Below are positions 58,090-64,000 of a stretch of DNA of 64,000 nucleotides, piece after piece; the first letter of the stretch is position 1; each line of letters opens with the position of its first letter. The position numbers and the translations under genes are program-made. The DNA comes from a virus (lineage: Duplodnaviria; Caudoviricetes): positions 4,216 to 68,215 of the IMG/VR virus record IMGVR_UViG_3300047169_000010; one strand, given 5' to 3'. The notes below the pieces were generated by a model that ran no database searches, had not been told where the DNA came from, and saw nothing but the letters and a program-made list of their open reading frames with translations.

Positions 58090-58566
58090 ATGGCAACTGT
58101 AGCAGCACAGCCCACCACGCAAGCCAAGCCCACCACGCAAGCCAAGCCCACCACGCAAGCCAAGCCCAGCAAAGCCGCACAGCGCGTAGCAGCGGCCAAA
58201 GCCATGGCCAAGGGCATTACCACACAAGCGCTTGCAGCACAGCCCACCACGCCTACGGTGCCCGCGCCCAAAGCCACTACGGCTTTGGTGGTGGCTACCA
58301 CGCAAGCGGCGCAAGTGGTAAACACTGCGTATTACCAAACCGTTGTTACCAGCGTTGGCGCGGCCAAGGTTGGCAAGCCGGGCACGTTTTTTGGCAACTT
58401 GCAAAACATGGCACAGCAGCCCATTACGTTGCAAGCGCTTATTGCACAGGCCGTGGCTGGTAACAAATTTACCAGCAAAAAAAGCCATGCCTTTGTGGCC
58501 ACGGTGCGTACGCGCCACGCGCTTACGCGGTTGGGGTACTTAGTTGCAGTACCCGCAAAAGCGTAA
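58090..58566 (+). CDS. Basic 158-aa protein with no Asp or Glu, encoded without any GA/TC dinucleotide
   Basis: ATG 58090 follows AAGGCAGGT; PTTQAK tandem repeat (18 nt, three copies); the C-terminal domain aligns with ORF 19088. Confidence 0.85.
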   Translation: MATVAAQPTTQAKPTTQAKPTTQAKPSKAAQRVAAAKAMAKGITTQALAAQPTTPTVPAPKATTALVVATTQAAQVVNTAYYQTVVTSVGAAKVGKPGTFFGNLQNMAQQPITLQALIAQAVAGNKFTSKKSHAFVATVRTRHALTRLGYLVAVPAKA

Positions 58567-58585
58567 CCCAAACGGTTACACAACA

Positions 58586-58620
58586 CAAAGGCCACTGCCC
58601 AACCGGGGCAGTGGCCTTTG
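58586..58620. terminator. Bidirectional terminator-like hairpin
   Basis: CAAAGGCCACTGCCC/GGGCAGTGGCCTTTG 15-bp perfect stem between convergent genes. Confidence 0.75.
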
Positions 58621-58700
58621 GTGCGTTGGTACCCATTTGTTTGGGGTGGGGCCGCGCACGCGCCCGCGCCATGCCATGCCCCGTCAAACCGAAACGACGC

Positions 58701-58896
58701 TCACGTCGCTGCGATGTGACTTCCTACGCCAAACGAAAGCCGCATCGCAGTGACCTGACATCCACACGACGTTCACGTCGCAGCGATACGAGGATGTCAC
58801 GTCGCTGCGATGTGAAAACCAAACTGCACACCACGGGCGCGTCGCATCGCTGCGACGTGAAAGCCGAAACGACGAACTCACATCGCAGCGACACGA
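58701..58896. repeat. Cluster of five 19-bp palindromic sites TCAC(A/G)TCGC(A/T)GCGA(T/C)GTGA
   Basis: Copies at 58701, 58773, 58797, 58842 and 58878; further copies at 59382, 59733 and 60357. Confidence 0.85.
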
Positions 58897-58977
58897 AAGC
58901 CGAAATCTACTTTAGAAGCCGAGGCGCTAAGGCCTCGGCTCCCAACGGCCTAAAGCCGAAAACGATCGCCGTCTGGG

Positions 58978-59283
58978 TTACCGGGCAATGGGTTCTTCCT
59001 CTTCATCCCACAATGTTTGCATAAAATCAACAAACACCATGCGAACCTCTTCCGGCGCGCTGTCCAGGTAACTTGTGCCGCCTGCTGGCACCGCCTTGCA
59101 TACGCCTGCGCGATGCTGAGCGGGCACAGTTGCCAGCCAAGTTTCTGCGGCGGCGAACTCTTCAGGGGTTGCGCTTGCGATGTCCTCAGGACCGCGCCCT
59201 TTGATGTCCATGTCTTGCCTGCCGGTTGCACGATTGTTGTCGGCTACAAATGCCTGTAGCGCCTGCGTGAGTAGTGGGTACAT
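58978..59283 (-). CDS. Small acidic hypothetical protein
   Basis: ATG 59283 follows AAGGCGG; acidic C-terminus DEEEE. Confidence 0.55.
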   Translation of the reverse strand: MYPLLTQALQAFVADNNRATGRQDMDIKGRGPEDIASATPEEFAAAETWLATVPAQHRAGVCKAVPAGGTSYLDSAPEEVRMVFVDFMQTLWDEEEEPIAR

Positions 59284-59421
59284 TTGATATGCCGCCTTTT
59301 GGGTGTGCCGTAGTTGCATATATAAAGGCTAACCAAATCGCGCCGCTGACAGCCAAATTTATTTTAGTCAAAGCCGAAACGTCACATCGTTGCGATTAGA
59401 CCTACACGAAAGTCGAAAACC

Positions 59422-59691
59422 TCACCTCAGCAGCTTGGGATCCGTGATCTCAGTAAACCGTTTATGGCCCACGTCTCGCGTCACGGGTATGTACACGCCG
59501 TTTATGACGGGTGACTCACGCACGGCCTGCGCCAGCGGGCCATAACCCTCGCCGCTCGGTGACTCAACAGCGGCGCGGAACTCGTCCTTGGTAAAGGCTC
59601 GTCCGCAGAAGCCTGTGAGTAGAACGTCCTTGTCCATGGCAACCAACTGTCGCCGCATTTGAATTTGCTTTGCCGCCTTTTTCAACGCCAT
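59422..59691 (-). CDS. Hypothetical protein
   Basis: GAGGTG RBS before ATG 59691. Confidence 0.55.
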   Translation of the reverse strand: MALKKAAKQIQMRRQLVAMDKDVLLTGFCGRAFTKDEFRAAVESPSGEGYGPLAQAVRESPVINGVYIPVTRDVGHKRFTEITDPKLLR

Positions 59692-59713
59692 GTGATACAC
59701 CTCGCTTGCGTTC

Positions 59714-59751
59714 CACTATAACAGTAGGGAGGTCACGTCGCTGCGATTTGA
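59714..59751 (-). promoter_or_regulatory. Extended -10 promoter (TGTTATAGT) with a 19-bp palindrome over the -35 position
   Basis: The same arrangement is repeated at 60339-60375. Confidence 0.6.
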
Positions 59752-59799
59752 CCACCTATAAGACGAAAAGAGCCGAGAATCACCTCGGCTCCTCAGGTC

Positions 59800-60150
59800 T
59801 TACGCGAGCGCTGCGTGGCGATTGCCGCCGAAGTCGCGATAGCTGCGAAATATACGGTTGCCGTCGTAATCCCAGCCAAGCTCGTTCAACTTGGACACAA
59901 TCTTGTTGCGCGCAGCAATCCAATCGCGCAACGGTAGCGCGTTCGCATAGCTGGGGCCGAGTGCGTCAAGTTCTTTTCCCAGTGCCAATACTTCACGTGT
60001 TTGTCGCCTGAGCCTCTTGGGCGCGACAGCCTTTGCAAGCTGCTTGGCAGTGTAGTCGCCCTCGGGCAGGCTGATCTTGCCAGCGCGGTCGGCTGCAATG
60101 GTTGCTGCTACGGTGGAGGCGGAGACGGTGGTTGCGATTTTCTTTGCCAT
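59800..60150 (-). CDS. Hypothetical protein
   Basis: GAGGGT RBS; 116 aa. Confidence 0.55.
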   Translation of the reverse strand: MAKKIATTVSASTVAATIAADRAGKISLPEGDYTAKQLAKAVAPKRLRRQTREVLALGKELDALGPSYANALPLRDWIAARNKIVSKLNELGWDYDGNRIFRSYRDFGGNRHAALA

Positions 60151-60660
60151 GATATTACCCTCGTGTTACCGGTTTGGACTGCCCTACTGCCTTACTGAAA
60201 CTATCTACGCGCTCAACAGAAAGAACGCAGGCATTATTTGCTGAAAATCCTCCTGGGGCAGCTTTAGCCTGCCGCCTATATAAAGGCTACGGCCCGCCAC
60301 GCATGACTGACAAGCCGAGGGTCACGGCTCTTCCAACCACTATAACAGCAGGGAGGTCACGTCGCTGCGATGTGACTTCCTACGCCAAACGAAAGCCGAG
60401 GCGCTAAGGCCTCGGCTCCCACGCTACTCAGCAAATTGCTTTCTTGTATAGCCCAGCATCAAGTCCCTGAAGTTTGCCACCCTGACCCTCTCCAACACGT
60501 TGGCCGCCTCACCATCCCCTGACTTCAACATGTGCTGTTGTGCGTTGAAAAGAATTCCCCATCCGTCGCGTATCGTTGATTTCATTGTACTGCCTCCATG
60601 GGCGGCATTGCCGCTACCTAAAGGCTACGGCCCGCGCCACATGAATGACAATAGCCGAAA

Positions 60661-61203
60661 TCACGCTTTCGCATCCTCGGCGTCCTGAACCCTCTGCTCT
60701 ATCTCCTCAACGGCGGCCATAGCCAAGAGCTCGGCTACTCGGGCCTTCTTTTCGTCGGGAGTCAAAGCCGAAATCTCAAGAGGTCCGCCCCCGGCTCCCG
60801 TCACAGCCGTCGCAGTGGCGAGCTTCCCCTCCACGCGATCTATCAGCAACTCAAAGCTCCGCATGTCGCCGTCCAACGCCTGCTTGAGCAGGTTAGCCGC
60901 CAACGCGTCGGCCTGCGTGAAGTTACGAGCCTTGTACGTCTTGCTCGGGCCTCGGTATGGTTCTTGAAGAAACTGCTTCATCTTAGAGGACAGAGGCTTT
61001 GGATTTCTTAGGGCCATCGGTCCTCCGTTCCCCGGTTGAAATCCTGCCTTGCGCCTGATTTCGTCTATTCCCGGGTCCTCGCCCTTCGGTCTGAAGAATC
61101 CTTTTGGTTTTGGTTTTTGGAGCTCTAAACTCGGGTCTTCCCGCGCTGGCAGGTGTTTATCGCCGGAAACTTCACTTTCTATCGTGACAGGAAAGCTGCT
61201 CAT
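60661..61203 (-). CDS. terS: Terminase small subunit (DUF5681-like)
   Basis: AGFQPGNGGP; ADALAANLLKQALDGDMRSFELLIDRVEGK; TGAGGGPL. Start set at ATG 61203. Confidence 0.7.
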   Translation of the reverse strand: MSSFPVTIESEVSGDKHLPAREDPSLELQKPKPKGFFRPKGEDPGIDEIRRKAGFQPGNGGPMALRNPKPLSSKMKQFLQEPYRGPSKTYKARNFTQADALAANLLKQALDGDMRSFELLIDRVEGKLATATAVTGAGGGPLEISALTPDEKKARVAELLAMAAVEEIEQRVQDAEDAKA

Positions 61204-61484
61204 CGTGAACGCCTCTGGTAGCCGAAATAGAACTAACTGACACAAGTATGCCACAGCCGTACAAATATGCCACAGCACGGCCACCGTGGGTGATTGCGGC
61301 GCGCGTCGCATTGCCATCACCAGAGGGCCAGCGAAGGTGCTGGGCTGGTACCCTACGCCAAACGGCTGCGAAGGCTGTAAAACGCCGCAACAATGGCAAA
61401 CTTTACAGGATAAAGTATATATCCTCTAACCCCTGTATAAAATAGATCTTAGCGAGCGTCAACTCTAAATTTGCATCAATCTGA

Positions 61485-61760
61485 GTGCATTACCCATACT
61501 TGGCAAAACGCCACAACCTCAACCCGCAGAGTATGTTAGATGAGTTACCCACACTACCCACGGCAAAACGGCCTGTTGGCGCTATTTATATACGGGGCAC
61601 CATTTTGGTGCTGCTACGGCTTACCACCCACTCTATATATATATACATAGTATGGGTATATATGGGTAGTGAGGGTAACAATGTGTTATGAGCAACATAG
61701 ACGCCCACACTACCCCGCCAAACGATGATCCTACCCACACTATGAAACAGTCAAAACGCG
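61485..61760. repeat. Origin-like region: TACCCA(C/T)AC iterons around a (TA)n core
   Basis: Copies near 61491, 61546, 61555 and 61732; inverted TATGGGTA copies near 61651-61668; TATATATATATA at about 61634-61645. Confidence 0.55.
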
Positions 61761-61991
61761 TGAATCACGCGCGATAACCCCAAAACTTTCACGACTTTGA
61801 CAGAGTTAGTCTGTACCCTGAGTAGCGAGCTACAAAGCCCTTTTCGGTAGTGATATCACACCACGACAACACAAAACCGTCAAACCGGCCGACCAGCCGA
61901 GGCCTGACAACCCAGTCCCCAGATCACCTACAAACGGCTATCACGCACCCCAAACCCACCTTCATAATGTTTGGGACGTCGTGTATAGTCA

Positions 61992-62276
61992 TCAGGACAC
62001 CCACTTCTTAGGTGCGAACCACGCCGCGTAATCTGCCGGTCTTTCAATGTTGAACTCAGGTCGGTGCAGCTTCACCAGGATGAATGCGGCCCGGAATGCC
62101 TCTTGCTCGTCACCGCAGACCACGGCGTAAAGGCACGACCTGAACCAGTAGTCGCGATGTTCATTCATTTGAAGTTCCATGGATCGCGCATCCTCACGAT
62201 ATTGCGGCGTGTGCATGAACGATTGATCGGTCATCTCTTTCACCTTTGCCGGTGTTGCTTCTAAGTTCTTTAGCAT
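61992..62276 (-). CDS. Hypothetical protein
   Basis: GGAGG RBS. Confidence 0.5.
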   Translation of the reverse strand: MLKNLEATPAKVKEMTDQSFMHTPQYREDARSMELQMNEHRDYWFRSCLYAVVCGDEQEAFRAAFILVKLHRPEFNIERPADYAAWFAPKKWVS

Positions 62277-62468
62277 TGAACCTCCTTGAATGCTTCGTGC
62301 GGCGGAAGAACTGAGGCCCGAAGCCCGAGCTCCCGCGCCGCATCATTCCTGCCAGCATTGCGGCGTAGTGCAGGATGCCGAATGCCTCAATATCGTTGAA
62401 GACATGATGTTGTGCGTGTTGAAGAACCCGCACCGCGTCAGCGTTAGACGTATAAGTTTGATCCGTCA

Positions 62469-62756
62469 TCATCTTTCCTCCCCGCATTGAATGCACACGT
62501 CGTACGCCGGTTCTATAAGCTCCCCATCGTCGTCCACGGCTTCCTGCCAGTCGTGGTCACACTCTTCAATCGGTAACATGCAGTTGCAATCCTCACCACC
62601 GAGGAGCTGCGCACCGCACTCGCCGCATTCACGAACGTCAATCCACGCACCCGGTTCGCCGTCTTCCTCTACCCATTTCTTATTTGCGTTGGGACATCCC
62701 GTCTCGTGGCAGAAGACGCCGTTGATCATCAGGGCTTGGCATTGGTCGCAGTTCAT
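62469..62756 (-). CDS. Cys-rich small phage protein
   Basis: MNCDQCQALMINGVFCHETGCP; start reassigned to 62756. Confidence 0.55.
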   Translation of the reverse strand: MNCDQCQALMINGVFCHETGCPNANKKWVEEDGEPGAWIDVRECGECGAQLLGGEDCNCMLPIEECDHDWQEAVDDDGELIEPAYDVCIQCGEER

Positions 62757-62760
62757 TGTC

Positions 62761-63189
62761 TTAGCCACCCCATCTTTCCTGCAACGCCGCCACATCCCCG
62801 CCCATGAGCGGTTCAAGGTCCGGGGTGTAATCGTGTATGACGTCCCAGCCGTCGCTGCCGTACATGAAACACACCCAGTCGTGCATAAGACCGCCTTTGG
62901 CGAGGCGCAGGCGATCAGTGTCAGTGTGGAACATGATCTCCAACACGCTGGCCAGATTTTGCGCCTTGGGAGATTCAAGCTCGTCTTCACCGTTGTCGTT
63001 GCCGACTATCGTGTACCCAGCCGCCAGCGCGTTGACCACGAACGCCATGACGATAGCGATTTCCATCCTCTGGCGCGCTTTGGCTCTTGGGTTGGTTGCC
63101 GTAACGTACCGCTCAATGCACACGGGACAGGACGGATCAACGCCCTTCCCGTGTGCGCCGCTGTTGTGAAGTTGTTCGTTGATTGTCAT
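62761..63189 (-). CDS. Hypothetical protein
   Basis: GAGGGAG RBS; 142 aa. Confidence 0.55.
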   Translation of the reverse strand: MTINEQLHNSGAHGKGVDPSCPVCIERYVTATNPRAKARQRMEIAIVMAFVVNALAAGYTIVGNDNGEDELESPKAQNLASVLEIMFHTDTDRLRLAKGGLMHDWVCFMYGSDGWDVIHDYTPDLEPLMGGDVAALQERWGG

Positions 63190-63270
63190 TTCTCCCTCAG
63201 TTTCTTGGGTGGCGTGCAGTCGTGGATCGGGAGCGGAACGCTATGATCTTGCCGCAGAGTGGGCATCTGC

Positions 63271-63465
63271 CTATGCTTCCCAAGGATGCACCGCCCTGTC
63301 TAGCGCCGCCGCAATCGCGGCTTTGCGGTGAAGGAAATCCACTGTGTCAAAATCGTTGCCAGCCTGTATTTGACAAAGCATTTCGTAAGCCAGCGCGAGC
63401 GCTTTGTCCTTATGCCCAGCTATTTGGTCAAGTTCTACACGAGACTTACTGGTGATGGTCGCCAT
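63271..63465 (-). CDS. Small hypothetical protein
   Basis: GGAGGG RBS before ATG 63465 (MATITSK). Confidence 0.45.
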   Translation of the reverse strand: MATITSKSRVELDQIAGHKDKALALAYEMLCQIQAGNDFDTVDFLHRKAAIAAALDRAVHPWEA

Positions 63466-63710
63466 GGTTGTGTTACCCTCCTGAATACATGCTAACAAGT
63501 TCACACGTTTGAATTCTGAGGAGCTGAGGCCTTTATTTGCGGTCCACGACCATGAGGCGTTCGTGTATTCGCTTGAAGAAGTCCAACCCATTTCTATCAG
63601 AGTCGGCATTTAGAACCGAATAAGTGGTGGCCAGCCCGCAGCTACACACCACCGCCTTGGTTGAGCCGAACTCGTTGCTGAAGACTTCATATTCGTGTGG
63701 TGCGTCCATG

Positions 63711-63995
63711 TCAAGCTCCCGCCTTCCGTGCCGCGTCTTCAGCGATCAGGAACGCCACGATGCGCCGATATTCAAGACCTTGCGCCGGTGTGTAGTCGTG
63801 TTTTTCGGCGACTCCAAGGACATGCTTTGTCCAGTATTCAAAGCTGTAGTGGCAGCACCCGATGCGAATGAATCCCGGCTCGGCCACATACGCCAGATGC
63901 ACGGTGCCTTGAACGCATGGCGGGTTGGAGTTCAGCTTCACGCCGTCGCCCAGCTTCACGCCGTCGCCCAGCTTCACCCAATTGCACAGCTTCAC
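63711..63995 (-). CDS. Hexapeptide-repeat protein, 5'-truncated by the window edge
   Basis: VKLGDG repeats (18-nt tandem repeat) followed by IRIGC.H....W. Confidence 0.6.
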   Translation of the reverse strand: MKLCNWVKLGDGVKLGDGVKLNSNPPCVQGTVHLAYVAEPGFIRIGCCHYSFEYWTKHVLGVAEKHDYTPAQGLEYRRIVAFLIAEDAARKAGA

Positions 63996-64000
63996 GCGGT

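Noticed and set aside
57723-58325. 200-aa - strand ORF
   Set aside because: It is antisense to the GA/TC-free gene, and the lack of TGA/TCA there helps keep frames open. The + strand has the promoter, RBS, terminator and a paralog.
58701-58896. CRISPR mini-array
   Set aside because: Repeats are 19 bp, degenerate and irregularly spaced (about 5-53 nt gaps); no cas operon is present.

Overview
The window is most of a ~64 kb tailed dsDNA phage genome. It looks siphovirus-like: tube protein, 1064-aa tape measure and no sheath. No integrase or repressor is recognisable, so it is probably lytic. The + strand (56-27920) carries replication genes (primase-helicase, ligase, SSB-like protein, family A polymerase, PD-(D/E)XK and VRR-NUC nucleases, SNF2 helicase). 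It also carries a thymidine-modification cluster: dCTP deaminase, dUMP hydroxymethylase-type thymidylate synthase, HD nucleotidase, DUF3310, hmdU-kinase helical domain, two TAGT/GREB1-like glycosyltransferases, a DHH phosphoesterase and a radical SAM/SPASM enzyme. The - strand (28112-56502) carries lysis, GTA-type tail, head, portal and TerL genes. The region between TerL and TerS (56.5-61.8 kb) is the most unusual part and has five features. (1) A complete transcription unit of ~660 bp (promoter, CDS, terminator) contains no GA or TC dinucleotide; it encodes an Asp/Glu-free paralog of a normal protein at 19088, and I infer it is a pioneer gene purged of modifiable sites. (2) A circularly permuted two-piece tmRNA has a 27-codon tag. 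(3) There is a (CA)53 microsatellite. (4) Eight 19-bp palindromic operator-like sites are present. (5) There is an origin-like iteron region. Family names come from motif recognition only; no database searches were run.
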